From NCBI GenBank assembly GCA_965207885.1, contig OZ242311.1:6144001-6208000 (forward strand): DNA of 64,000 bases, in the 5' to 3' direction. Positions 29,497-39,771 of this stretch are shown here, piece after piece. Every line of letters starts with the position of its first letter. The stretch's first letter is position 1. Under the pieces are notes generated by a model, which had not been told where the DNA came from, did not search any database, and worked only from the letters and a program-made list of their open reading frames with translations. The DNA comes from Candidatus Latescibacterota bacterium. GTDB lineage: Bacteria > Latescibacterota > UBA2968. The translations under genes were made by a program, and so were the position numbers.

Positions 29497-30531
29497 ATGC
29501 TTGATTTGAACGTCCCAGCTATCGAAAAACTTGTAGATTATACCGCCAGCGGAATAGGAGCAATTGCCGGGCCGATGTTGGCTCTCTGGAAGGCTTCCAG
29601 AGAAGGAAAGGCAAGAGCCATTGCCGCTAAGGCAGACGCAGAAGTGCGTAACATTGAAGCGGAATCAGACGCTCGATCATTGCAGATCATTGCCGACGCG
29701 CAGGCCCAGGCCCGGCGGGCCATTACTAAACCGATTGAATCAGGGCAAAGCAGGGTGGAAATCACTCGGGGCGACATTACTCAGCGAATCGAATTCCAAG
29801 AACGCAAACGTCTCGCAAATGTCAAATCGGTTATAGAGGATGCCGCTGCTGAGCTTGGCGACAAGGAGGTTCCCGACCAGGAACCCGACCCAGATTGGAC
29901 GGCGCGTTTTTTCGATTCCGTTCAGGACGTATCCGCCGAAGAAATGCAAAAAATCTGGTCGAAAATCCTTGCAGGGGAAGTGGAGACACCCGGCAGAACT
30001 TCGTTGCGCACCCTCTCTGTTCTCAGAGATATGTCGCAGAAGGACGCAAAGATGTTTTCTGAAACAATGCGATACAAAATTGGTAATTTCATTCACTATG
30101 AAAGTTACATATTCTCATCCAACTTGGCACGCGGAATGCATAAGTATGATTCGTTCGGCTTTTTGCCGGAATTTTTCGTCGTTATTCAAGACTGGGGATT
30201 ATTGCGCGGCACATATGACCCATCTCCCCAATTGATATTAGATGATAAAGGAATAAAAATAACAACAAATTGTAATCAAATTTTGGTTATTGAAGGAAGT
30301 TCGGGGAGAAAGATTGAACTCCAAGATACCCTTACCATGGCTGTAACTCCTCCGGCAATAGAATTATCAACGTTCTGCGAAATGAAACCAGATTTCAAGT
30401 ATCTGGGTTGTTTTGCAGAACTTCTTAAATGCCAAAACTGCACGCTCAAGATAGCCCCCAGGAAGATAACTCCTGCTGGAGATATTGCTTTTGACCCAGA
30501 TGACCTTCACATAGTCGAGCCAGCATCGTGA
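29497..30531 (+). CDS. DUF2806 domain-containing protein
   Basis: DPDWTARFFDSVQDVS.EEMQKIWSKILAGEVETPG.TSLRTL motif. Confidence 0.8.
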   Translation: MLDLNVPAIEKLVDYTASGIGAIAGPMLALWKASREGKARAIAAKADAEVRNIEAESDARSLQIIADAQAQARRAITKPIESGQSRVEITRGDITQRIEFQERKRLANVKSVIEDAAAELGDKEVPDQEPDPDWTARFFDSVQDVSAEEMQKIWSKILAGEVETPGRTSLRTLSVLRDMSQKDAKMFSETMRYKIGNFIHYESYIFSSNLARGMHKYDSFGFLPEFFVVIQDWGLLRGTYDPSPQLILDDKGIKITTNCNQILVIEGSSGRKIELQDTLTMAVTPPAIELSTFCEMKPDFKYLGCFAELLKCQNCTLKIAPRKITPAGDIAFDPDDLHIVEPAS

Positions 30532-30582
30532 ACTAAGTTCTTTGCCACAATTCTCTCTAACACACATACGGAATAGCTAAAG

Positions 30583-32499
30583 ATGATCAATGCTAACCTG
30601 TCATTACATCTTCCTTCTCCCTGGGAGAATCAATCCTTCAAAATCAACCAGATAGGGCCCATCAACTTCCTCGTCGGGCCGAACGGGAGCGGTAAATCGC
30701 GGTTCGCCGGTGTCTTGTTAGACCAAATGAAGTCTATACCTGGAGGTGCACGCTTACTTGGCACAGATCGGCTTAAAGAGATGGCAGATCCCGTAGCGAC
30801 TCAGAGCTTTGTCGGCGACCCTTTTGCTGGCGGCTTTGCTAAGAATTGGTTCCATCATCTAAAGACGGCAGGCGAAGAAGGATCTGGAATCGATACGATA
30901 GTGCTTCTGGAAGAACGAATGGATCTTCGTATTCAGGTTGAAGCAACGCTAAGCCATCTTTTTGATCGCGAGATCATTCTCGAATGGGACTCTGGAAATC
31001 TGGTAGGTAAGATACGACGCAGAGGTAGTAGCGAGTCTTACAGGCTGGATCGTGAAGAATGTCACGGAATCAAAGAACTCTTGGTTCTGTTGACACATCT
31101 TTACGATGACAAGCATCAATACCTGATCATTGACGAACCCGAACTCAATCTACATCCACAGTATCAAGCCTTCTTCATGCAGGAGGTTCGTAAGCTCGCA
31201 GGGGATCCTTCAACCGATAGTAAAAAGAAGATTATTTTTTTGATAACGCACTCTCCATTTATTCTTGATTTTCGGTCTGAGGAAGATTTGAAATCCGTCA
31301 TATCCTTCAGTCTGGATTACTCGGTGCCAAAGCAGATTGCCAACCTGGAGCTGGATACGCCTCAGCAGCCGTTTTCCTTAACGCAAAGATTGAATGCACA
31401 TCATAAGCAACTCTTTTTTTCTGACAATCCAATCTTCGTTGAAGGCATTCTCGATGCGCGGCTCGTCGAGGCTATTCAGGAGGCTCGTGGTGTTTCGGTC
31501 GCTGGAGTAGGAAGCTGTATAATTGACGCTGGCGGAGCCGAAGAAGTGAACCAATATTTCAAGCTGTGTAAAGGTCTTGGAAAGAATGCCCACTTCCTTT
31601 ACGACCTTGACAGTCTTTTTTCTGGAAACCTCCGTGCTTGTATAAGAGACGACGAATCCATACAGAGCTTTTTGGCCTCCGCAGGACTTGGAAGCGACTT
31701 TGGAAGATATTGTGGGGAGTTGGATCGAAAACTGACATATCTGATTGATCAAATATTACAGATCGGAGTATCTCTCCCGATAGAACTCACTCAATTGGGT
31801 GAGTTTCTTAAAGGTCTCGGTAATAGGCAACAGTGGAAAAAAGAACAGTGGGCCAGGGCCCGCACGGCGGTGATGACAGCAATTAGTCTATATGAGAAGG
31901 ACATATCATCGGTATCGAAGCAAGATGTTGCAGATATTAAAGGACGACTAACACAGATCGTTACAGCCCTAAAGGAGAAGAACATACATCTTCTCCCCGG
32001 AGGTACGATAGAGAGATATTTACCTTGCTATGGCGGAGACGATTATAAGCTTGCTGAACATGCAAAGCGGCAGGCTGTCGAGGATGAGATACAAGAGCTA
32101 TCCAAATCACTGACCGAAGCAGAGTTGTCGTCTCGATATGACGAATTATACAATGCTATCTGCAACTTGCCATCCAAGGCAGATGTGGACGTTAATCCTG
32201 TTCTTTGCCATTATCTAAGTGACTACATACATAAACTTCAGCAGACAATCGTAAAAAATCCAGACTGGAACCAAGACCAAATACAAAATCGCTTGAATAC
32301 ACTTGAACCATCATTTACTGGCGTTTTCTCTATTCGGAAGTTTGAGCGTATCCAGAAAGATGAGTTTAATGCGACCATAGAAATCTTGGAAATGCTTGGA
32401 CAAGGAAAACGATTTACTCAAGTGGACCATCGCACTAATGCGGGAATGGGAGAGTTCGAGATTGAATCCGATCAGATGATTAGTGAGGGTGAACTATAA
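30583..32499 (+). CDS. OLD-like ABC ATPase-TOPRIM nuclease
   Basis: GPNGSGKS, IIDEPELNLHP, ITHSP, FVEGILD, LYDLD. Confidence 0.82.
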   Translation: MINANLSLHLPSPWENQSFKINQIGPINFLVGPNGSGKSRFAGVLLDQMKSIPGGARLLGTDRLKEMADPVATQSFVGDPFAGGFAKNWFHHLKTAGEEGSGIDTIVLLEERMDLRIQVEATLSHLFDREIILEWDSGNLVGKIRRRGSSESYRLDREECHGIKELLVLLTHLYDDKHQYLIIDEPELNLHPQYQAFFMQEVRKLAGDPSTDSKKKIIFLITHSPFILDFRSEEDLKSVISFSLDYSVPKQIANLELDTPQQPFSLTQRLNAHHKQLFFSDNPIFVEGILDARLVEAIQEARGVSVAGVGSCIIDAGGAEEVNQYFKLCKGLGKNAHFLYDLDSLFSGNLRACIRDDESIQSFLASAGLGSDFGRYCGELDRKLTYLIDQILQIGVSLPIELTQLGEFLKGLGNRQQWKKEQWARARTAVMTAISLYEKDISSVSKQDVADIKGRLTQIVTALKEKNIHLLPGGTIERYLPCYGGDDYKLAEHAKRQAVEDEIQELSKSLTEAELSSRYDELYNAICNLPSKADVDVNPVLCHYLSDYIHKLQQTIVKNPDWNQDQIQNRLNTLEPSFTGVFSIRKFERIQKDEFNATIEILEMLGQGKRFTQVDHRTNAGMGEFEIESDQMISEGEL

Positions 32500-32591
32500 A
32501 CAACAAACGCTTACGCCTTTCCGCTCAAGCAGGTCTCGCTGGACTTCGTTTACAGGAAGAATGTGCGGCATGAGCACATCCCGACTCTACA
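32496..32591 (+). pseudogene. Decayed copy of the 5' end of the DUF1156 gene (34587-34690)
   Basis: Shares cgcctttccgctcaagcaggtctcgctggact exactly; 8-nt deletion; ATG changed to ATA. Confidence 0.9.
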
Positions 32592-32672
32592 AGTGATTAA
32601 AATGAAAATCTACTCATGTACTACCGATGACAGCACCAGGCGACTCAATAGAGATAGATAGGAGAATATAGA

Positions 32673-34496
32673 ATGCGAATTAAGCGAATTTCGGCCACCG
32701 ATATTCCCCCGGTCGAGACTTTCATTGCCGATGACCTAAAGGATTTAGTCGTCATTGCAGGCCCAAATGGCGTAGGAAAGACGCGTTTGATTGACGGAAT
32801 ATTAAATTACTTTCGAACGTTCCAACCTAACATGGGAGGGCACTTAACCAATCTGAGCTTCATTATTGAAGCAACCGACCCGTCAGAAGGCGAGATCTGG
32901 GGTCAGCAAGAGTTGGATACCACGGATCCCCAGCACGCAGCTACTTTGACAGATTTCCTCCGCCAAAATCGCAGAAGACGCAACTTTCGAAATAGCGTTC
33001 TTTACTATGAAAGCAACCGCACTATACAACAGGTAACACCTTTCCAATTTCAGTTCGACCTTCCTGACCCGTGGGAAGAACATGTCTCTTGGGATTTCGC
33101 ATTGGGCGGTCTTAACCACCGATGGGAAGATACCCAACACGCTATTTTCAAAAAATTAGAGAGCCAAAGGACTTCAATAGGTAATCGAGCAATCCAATTG
33201 CGGAATGAAGGACGCGATTCCATGAGATTATTATTCTCTGATCCGATGATCCCCTTCAATGAAGCGTTTTCCAAACTGTTGGGCCCAAAGACTTTTGCAA
33301 CACCGAGGATTCGTGAGCAACGTTTAACATATATGGATGGAGAAAATGAGTTCGATATTGAGTACCTGAGCAGTGGCGAGCGTGAAGTTCTTAGCATAGC
33401 TTTCGACTTTATCCTCCGCAATCCTTCGCATTGTATTGTCTTTTTCGATGAGCCGGAATTGCACTTACACCCAGAACTGCTTTATCGTCTGATTATGACG
33501 CTTCGAAGTGTCGGCGAATCAAATCAGTTTATCCTTCTCACACATTCCGCAGAACTCATTTCTTCCTCTTTAGACGAAAGTGTCATATTTCTTACGCCGC
33601 CGAAGGAAGACCAGGGTAATCAAGCAGTGAAGATTGAGCCTACAGGTGATGTGGCAGAAGCATTACACCAACTCGGCCAATCCGTAGGTATCGTCTCGTT
33701 GGGCAAAAAGATCGTCCTCATAGAAGGTTCTGATTCGAGCCTGGATAAGAAGACCTATGGACAGATAGTTAAGGACAAATTCCCTGAGCTTGTGCTTTTG
33801 CCGAGTGGTGGCAAAGAAAATCTATCATCCTTCAAAACAATTGCATCAGAAGTGCTTGATAAGTCATTATGGGGTATCCGATTTTTCATGTTAGCGGACC
33901 GAGATGCAGCTACGGAGACGCAACCGACTGGATCCGACAACTTTCGGATACTAACCCGATACCATTTAGAGAATTACTTCCTTGACGCTAAAATACTGTG
34001 TCAATGCTTTGTAGATAGAGAAAATGAGGATTCCTGGCTTCTATCAGTAGAAAAAATAGAGGCTCGTTTGCGAAAAATAGCGAAAGATGCATTGGGTTAC
34101 TCGGTTAGTCTCGTGGTGTCGAAGAAAATTCGTGAAGCGGCCGGGAATGTCAGCATAATGCCAAAGGGTAGCCATGCGATGGATGTCTCTATACTTGCCG
34201 ATACATTCTCAAAAAAAGCCGCGGACGAAAGGCAACGTATAGCAAATGAATTAGACGACGACAGCGTTCGGAAGTTGGTAGAAGATACTTACCAGAAATT
34301 CGAGGATTTGCTGGCGAAACCGAGTGATGATTGGAAGAATGTGTTTCCAGGTAAGCTGATTCTTTCACGCTTCTGTCACGAAGCTCGAGAAGAGGAAAGC
34401 CGTCTAAAGAATCTATATATTCGAAAGGCACAAGAAGCAGATACCAATCCTTTTCAGGAAATAATCGACATATTTTCCTCCTTTGCACGGGCATGA
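32673..34496 (+). CDS. ABC ATPase (AAA_21) + TOPRIM/DUF4435-like protein
   Basis: GPNGVGKT, LSSGERE, FFDEPELHLHP, LTHS, LIEG...D, ADRD, HLENY. Confidence 0.82.
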   Translation: MRIKRISATDIPPVETFIADDLKDLVVIAGPNGVGKTRLIDGILNYFRTFQPNMGGHLTNLSFIIEATDPSEGEIWGQQELDTTDPQHAATLTDFLRQNRRRRNFRNSVLYYESNRTIQQVTPFQFQFDLPDPWEEHVSWDFALGGLNHRWEDTQHAIFKKLESQRTSIGNRAIQLRNEGRDSMRLLFSDPMIPFNEAFSKLLGPKTFATPRIREQRLTYMDGENEFDIEYLSSGEREVLSIAFDFILRNPSHCIVFFDEPELHLHPELLYRLIMTLRSVGESNQFILLTHSAELISSSLDESVIFLTPPKEDQGNQAVKIEPTGDVAEALHQLGQSVGIVSLGKKIVLIEGSDSSLDKKTYGQIVKDKFPELVLLPSGGKENLSSFKTIASEVLDKSLWGIRFFMLADRDAATETQPTGSDNFRILTRYHLENYFLDAKILCQCFVDRENEDSWLLSVEKIEARLRKIAKDALGYSVSLVVSKKIREAAGNVSIMPKGSHAMDVSILADTFSKKAADERQRIANELDDDSVRKLVEDTYQKFEDLLAKPSDDWKNVFPGKLILSRFCHEAREEESRLKNLYIRKAQEADTNPFQEIIDIFSSFARA

Positions 34497-34586
34497 TAGA
34501 TTTTTATTTTATTGGCATTGGTTAGCGAGTACATGTTTGCAAACTGCGTAATCGCGGACCGAATTTTCACGAGGTAATTCATACAA

Positions 34587-37500
34587 ATGAACGACAAACG
34601 CTTAATCGAAGTCGCCTTTCCGCTCAAGCAGGTCTCGCTGGACTCTGTCCACGAGAAGAATGTGCGACATGGACATATTTCCACGCTGCATATATGGCCG
34701 GCGAGGCGCCCACTGGCCGCGTCCCGAGCTGCGCTGATTGCGACGCTGCTTCCCGATCCCGGCAATCCCGAGAAACGGAAGGAGATTCTGGAGCGCATGG
34801 CTGGCAGGGTGATTGAGAAAATCGAACGCAAGCGCGTAGGTGGGCGTACGGTCGAAAAAATCAAAGAGGAAACAATCGGTGGCATCCTGCACTGGAAGAG
34901 GGAAAATGACCCGGATATCCAGTGGTTCCGCGACGAAATCCGCAAAGCTTACGATGGACGAGCGCCCAAAGTGCTAGACCCATTCGCTGGCGGCGGTGCC
35001 ATTCCCCTCGAAGCCATGCGCCTGGGCTGCGACGTGACCGCTATGGACATCAACCCGGTTGCATGGTTCATCCTCAAATGTACCCTCGATTACCCCCAAA
35101 AGCTCTCCGGTCAAACCCGCCCATTGCCCGAGTTCGCGCTGAAAGACCGCGAATTTATGGAGACATTCCTGAAAGCAAAAGGGTTTAAGGGAGCCAGCTT
35201 ACGGACATTCCTCGAACGACTCGGCCATGGCGACGGCGGCGAAATCCAACTCGACTTCGTACAGCATGACGATCCGATACTCGAAGCGGACCTCGCCTGG
35301 CATGTGCGTGCCTGGGGGCGTTGGGTACTGGCAAGAGCACGCAAAGAATTATCTTCGTATTATCCTACCTACGCCGATTTCGAGCCATTAGAGTCAGATG
35401 AAGAATTTTTGTTGCGCCCCAGCAGACGGTTGCTGGAGGTTGACGAAGAAGGCGTGCCGCAAGTCGATCCGCTCAACGCCGAGTTTGACGACGCCTATCT
35501 CGAGGACAAGAAAAATCTGCGCTGGATCGCCAAACCAACAGTGGCCTATCTCTGGGCGCGGACCGTAACCTGCAAACAGTGCCGAGCCACGCTGCCGCTG
35601 CTCAAGACACAATGGCTGTGCAAAAAATCTCGAAAGCGCGTGCTGCTAAATATGGAACCGAATGCAGACCAAACGGGCATTGTCTTCGATGTGCAGAATG
35701 ACGTACCTCAAAACGGCGGCAACGCGGCACAGCGACGAGAACACGACAAGCGCATCGGGGCTGGAACCATGTCTCGTACCGGCGCAACCTGTCCATGCTG
35801 CGGCACGATCATGACCATGGAAGATATCCGCCTTGAAGGTCGTGCTGGACGTTTGGATGCGACCATGACGGCTGTGGTGGTGGATGGAGGAAGGAAAAAG
35901 GGTAAGGAATACCGTTTGCCGACCGACCATGAACTTGCGATAGCGGAAGTGAGCGAGGAACAGCTTCAGGCCCTGTATGCAGGTATCCCGTTTGGGTTAC
36001 CAGAGGAACCAATCATTGAGGACGCGAAACGAAATACATGGTGTGTTCAATATGGAAAAACTACCTGGCGGAAGCTGTTCACGAATCGGCAGCTATTAGC
36101 TCTTGGCGAGTTTGTTCTGAGTCTTCGGAGAATGATGCAAGAACTCGAAGGCCAGCCAGAGAGTTGGCAAAAAGCTCTGATTGCAAATCTTGCGCTTGTG
36201 AATGATCGACTATCTGATTATTCCAGCGCGGTCTGCTCCTGGCACAACGGAAGGGAAAAACTTGGACATACGTTTGCGCGGTTTGCACTTCCGATGGTGT
36301 GGGATTATACTGAAGTCAATCCGTTATCAGATTCATCCGGCAATTACCACGGCGCACTTGAATGGGTCTCACGTTGCGTTGACCACTTACTTGAATCAGC
36401 GCAATCGGCAGAAATAACAAATATACAAGCCTCCAGTGCTACTAAGACATCGGGGGAGTACGACGTCATTCTTACAGATCCTCCTTACTATGATGCAATC
36501 GGCTATTCCGTTCTCATGGACTTTTTTTATGTCTGGCTTCGGCGATCATCACATGGATTGTCCGCTGAGGTCGAGTCGGTCTTCTCCGATACCCTTAGCC
36601 CCAAATGGGATCATGACACAGAGGACGGCGAACTCATAGATGATGCCAGCAGATTTGGTGGCGACAAAGCGCGATCCAAGCAGAACTATGAAGACGGAAT
36701 GGCCCGTGCGTTCCGCTCTTGTCACGCTGCATTGCAACCAGACGGGCGGCTCGTGGTTGTGTTCGCCAACAAGCAACCCGATGCCTGGGAAACATTGGTA
36801 GCCGCGCTGATTCGGGCTGGCTTTGTCGTTGATGGGTCCTGGCCTATTCAGACCGAGATGGGTACCAGGACTCGTGCGATGGCATCTGCTGCCTTGTCAT
36901 CCTCCGTCTGGATCGTCTGCAAAAAACGCCCCCCTGCTCGCCCCGGTTGGGATAACACTGTACTCAATGAAATGCGCAAAAATATCACACAGCAACTCCG
37001 CGACTTCTGGGACGCGGGCATCCGAGGACCGGACTTTGTGTGGGCCGCGACCGGGCCAGCACTCGAAGCCTTTAGCAAGCATCCCGTGGTCAAGAAGGCG
37101 AACGATCCGAACCAATTCATGACCGTCTCGGAATTTCTCCGCGAGGTGCGGCGCATGGTCGTAGATTTTGTCGTTGGTCGCGTCCTGACGCAGGATGACA
37201 AAGAAGCTATCACTGGACTCGACGATGTGACCACCTATTACTTGCTCCATCGCCACGACTTCGGCATGGAAGACGCGCCTGTAGGCGGCTGCATCCTCTA
37301 CGCACTATCTTGCAACCTCTCCGACTCAGCCCTGGTCAATCAGTACGACCTTCTGGCTCAATCGGGCAAGGGGGGATCGAGCGACGAGACAGAGGAATCG
37401 GAAACCACGGGCGGCGCAAAGGTCAAACTCAAAACCTGGAGCCGACGCCAAGGCCGCAACCTCGGCCTCCACGCACCGAGCGGACGGCCCGTGCCATTAA

Positions 37501-37751
37501 TTGACCAGGTACACAAACTAATGCACCTCTGGCGCGCCGGAGATCAGGTCAAAGTTGACGATTACCTCGACACAGGCGGCCTCCAGCGCAACGCCCTGTT
37601 CAATCAGATACTCCAGGCACTCATCGAACTGGCCGACGCCGGTTCCGATGAGCGGTCAATTCTCGAAGCTCTGTGTAATCACGTAGCTGCCCGCGACAAT
37701 ATCCAGAAACCGGGGCAGAGACAGCTTCAATTCGGAGGAGCCGAGGGCTGA
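34587..37751 (+). CDS. DUF1156 adenine-specific DNA methyltransferase with Zn ribbon
   Basis: LHIWPARRPLAASRA, LDPFAGGG, TDPPYYD, CxxC pairs. Confidence 0.92.
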   Translation: MNDKRLIEVAFPLKQVSLDSVHEKNVRHGHISTLHIWPARRPLAASRAALIATLLPDPGNPEKRKEILERMAGRVIEKIERKRVGGRTVEKIKEETIGGILHWKRENDPDIQWFRDEIRKAYDGRAPKVLDPFAGGGAIPLEAMRLGCDVTAMDINPVAWFILKCTLDYPQKLSGQTRPLPEFALKDREFMETFLKAKGFKGASLRTFLERLGHGDGGEIQLDFVQHDDPILEADLAWHVRAWGRWVLARARKELSSYYPTYADFEPLESDEEFLLRPSRRLLEVDEEGVPQVDPLNAEFDDAYLEDKKNLRWIAKPTVAYLWARTVTCKQCRATLPLLKTQWLCKKSRKRVLLNMEPNADQTGIVFDVQNDVPQNGGNAAQRREHDKRIGAGTMSRTGATCPCCGTIMTMEDIRLEGRAGRLDATMTAVVVDGGRKKGKEYRLPTDHELAIAEVSEEQLQALYAGIPFGLPEEPIIEDAKRNTWCVQYGKTTWRKLFTNRQLLALGEFVLSLRRMMQELEGQPESWQKALIANLALVNDRLSDYSSAVCSWHNGREKLGHTFARFALPMVWDYTEVNPLSDSSGNYHGALEWVSRCVDHLLESAQSAEITNIQASSATKTSGEYDVILTDPPYYDAIGYSVLMDFFYVWLRRSSHGLSAEVESVFSDTLSPKWDHDTEDGELIDDASRFGGDKARSKQNYEDGMARAFRSCHAALQPDGRLVVVFANKQPDAWETLVAALIRAGFVVDGSWPIQTEMGTRTRAMASAALSSSVWIVCKKRPPARPGWDNTVLNEMRKNITQQLRDFWDAGIRGPDFVWAATGPALEAFSKHPVVKKANDPNQFMTVSEFLREVRRMVVDFVVGRVLTQDDKEAITGLDDVTTYYLLHRHDFGMEDAPVGGCILYALSCNLSDSALVNQYDLLAQSGKGGSSDETEESETTGGAKVKLKTWSRRQGRNLGLHAPSGRPVPLIDQVHKLMHLWRAGDQVKVDDYLDTGGLQRNALFNQILQALIELADAGSDERSILEALCNHVAARDNIQKPGQRQLQFGGAEG

Positions 37752-37897
37752 CTGACGCGAGTTCCATGATTAATAGCGAATGCTTACGTTTGATATGTAG
37801 CTGGCCCATGTAAAGGTCGGCGGGTATAGCAACTTCAACCGGAGTAATCGCATCGCCATTGCAACAATCGGACGAGAGGTAAAGACGAGGTGTTCTG

Positions 37898-39451
37898 ATG
37901 CAAGTTCATAGACGACTGTTGAATTTCTGGACTGGATCGGTGAGCAGGCTTTGGCACTCGGCCGGTTTCGTGAGGCGACGGCGAGCAATCGTGGGCAGGC
38001 CCTCAAGATCATTGCGCTATTACGCCCGGACAGCGATCTATTTTCTGCGCCTGCTTTTCTCTGCCTCGCGCCTCAGGTTGGCTTGGCGGCCCTTGTGGTG
38101 GGGCGGTCTGGGATTGGCCGTGACGCTTGCAGTCTTTCTGGAATGGGATTGGCTGTACGGAAAGGGGTGGATCTGGTTGAGCAAGAACGAGGACGATCCG
38201 GCGCGGACAATCAGGGATATTGTTCTGACTCTGGCCGCTCCGATTAGCATTATGCTTGCGCTCTGGCGCAGCAGGATAGCGGCAGCCGGGCTTCTGCACG
38301 ACCGTTATCAGCGGAGTGCCGAAATGCTCGGCCACGCTGACCTTCGTTCGGTTCGTCTCGGTGGCATCCATGCTCTTGCCAACCTCGCCGATGAACACCG
38401 CTCAACCTATCACCTGCAAGCGATGCAGTTGTTCGCGGCACTTGTGGTGGAGAATACGAATGCCGACAAGGCACTCAAACCGGTTGATTCTGCCACGGAC
38501 CCCGAGGTTGGCGGCGAGACGGAGGGATCGAACGCCGAGGATCTCCATCTCGTGGAGGACGTGCGCGAGGCCCTGAGGCTGATCGCCGGACGAGACCGCC
38601 GACAAGTCGCTCTCGAACGCAGGAAAAGATCGCGGCTGAACCTGTCTGGGGCAGTCCTTGTCCGCCTGGTCCAAATGAATGCCGCGAACTTTTCGAATAT
38701 CGATTTTTCCGATGCCAATTTGTCCCGTGCACGTCTCTGGCTGGCGCAGTTCTCGGGATCAATCCTGACCGGGGTTCGGCTTCGCGAAGCATCGCTGCAC
38801 AAAGCCGATCTACGAAAGGTCGATATGAGGGGAGCCGACCTTACGGGCACTCGACTGATAGACGCGGATTTGCGACAGGTGGATATGGGACCACGTAATC
38901 GGGTCGGTGAATGGGCGAGCAGTTGGAAGGACCGCCTAACAACACTTCGCGGTGCGGAGATGATGTGCGCGGACCTGAGAGGGGCGAAGTTATACCGTGC
39001 CGATCTCCAACAGGCTATGCTGGGTGGAGCGAATCTGGACAACGCGAATCTGTGTGGTGCTGATCTGCGCCGAGCGGATCTCAAGGCTGCCGTTCTCTAT
39101 GAAGCGAACCTGACTGGAGCAAATCTAACTGACGCGAACCTTGGAGGTGCAGACCTCCGCAAAGCAAACCTCACCAACGCGAACTTGACGGGCGCGAACC
39201 TGAGTCTCGCAGTCTTGACTGATGCCGATCTGACCGACGCGAATTTAAGCGGTGCAGATTTTTCCCGTCATCACTTAGAAAGGAACCCCCAATCACCGGA
39301 AAAGTTAAGCCCCGCAACCGGATTGACTCAAGATCAGCTTGATCAGGCGAAGGCCGATCCAAATTGTCCACCGTACCTCGAAGGTGTCCTGGACGCCATT
39401 ACGAAGAGAAAACTGGTCTGGAGAGGGCGACCCCTCCATGACGACAGTTGA
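37898..39451 (+). CDS. Membrane-anchored pentapeptide-repeat protein
   Basis: Two TM segments, DRYQRSAEMLG...VRLGGIHAL, long A(D/N)Lxx repeat tract; start uncertain. Confidence 0.85.
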   Translation: MQVHRRLLNFWTGSVSRLWHSAGFVRRRRAIVGRPSRSLRYYARTAIYFLRLLFSASRLRLAWRPLWWGGLGLAVTLAVFLEWDWLYGKGWIWLSKNEDDPARTIRDIVLTLAAPISIMLALWRSRIAAAGLLHDRYQRSAEMLGHADLRSVRLGGIHALANLADEHRSTYHLQAMQLFAALVVENTNADKALKPVDSATDPEVGGETEGSNAEDLHLVEDVREALRLIAGRDRRQVALERRKRSRLNLSGAVLVRLVQMNAANFSNIDFSDANLSRARLWLAQFSGSILTGVRLREASLHKADLRKVDMRGADLTGTRLIDADLRQVDMGPRNRVGEWASSWKDRLTTLRGAEMMCADLRGAKLYRADLQQAMLGGANLDNANLCGADLRRADLKAAVLYEANLTGANLTDANLGGADLRKANLTNANLTGANLSLAVLTDADLTDANLSGADFSRHHLERNPQSPEKLSPATGLTQDQLDQAKADPNCPPYLEGVLDAITKRKLVWRGRPLHDDS

Positions 39452-39506
39452 AGCCGCCCGCGACAATATCCAGGCACCGGGGCAGAAACAACTCCAATTC
39501 GGATAG
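39452..39506 (+). repeat. Diverged direct copy of the DUF1156 gene 3' end (37685-37736)
   Basis: 46/52 identity; AARDNIQAPGQKQLQFG* versus AARDNIQKPGQRQLQFGGAEG*. Confidence 0.9.
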
Positions 39507-39519
39507 ATATAAAATCGTT

Positions 39520-39771
39520 ATGTCCATACCTGCAATTCATCCAGGAGAACACCTCGCCGAGGAATTGAAAAAACTCGACATGAGCGCAGCATCACTCGCA
39601 CGACAGATTGAAGTGTCCCCCAGCCGAATCACCGAAATCCTCAATGGGCGACGTGCAATCACTGGCGATACCGCCCTGAAATTGGCTCATTTTTTTGACA
39701 CCTGTGTAGAGTTCTGGCTAAATTTGCAGAAGCTCTATGAACTGCGGATTGCTGAGGAGAAAATCCGATGA
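39520..39771 (+). CDS. higA: HigA-family antitoxin/HTH, orphan
   Basis: IHPGEHL, GRRAITGDTALKL, FWLNLQ; ATGA overlap with the downstream ATPase. Confidence 0.85.
   Translation: MSIPAIHPGEHLAEELKKLDMSAASLARQIEVSPSRITEILNGRRAITGDTALKLAHFFDTCVEFWLNLQKLYELRIAEEKIR

Noticed and set aside
38950-39260. Quasi-periodic DNA repeats
   Set aside because: Explained by pentapeptide-repeat coding.
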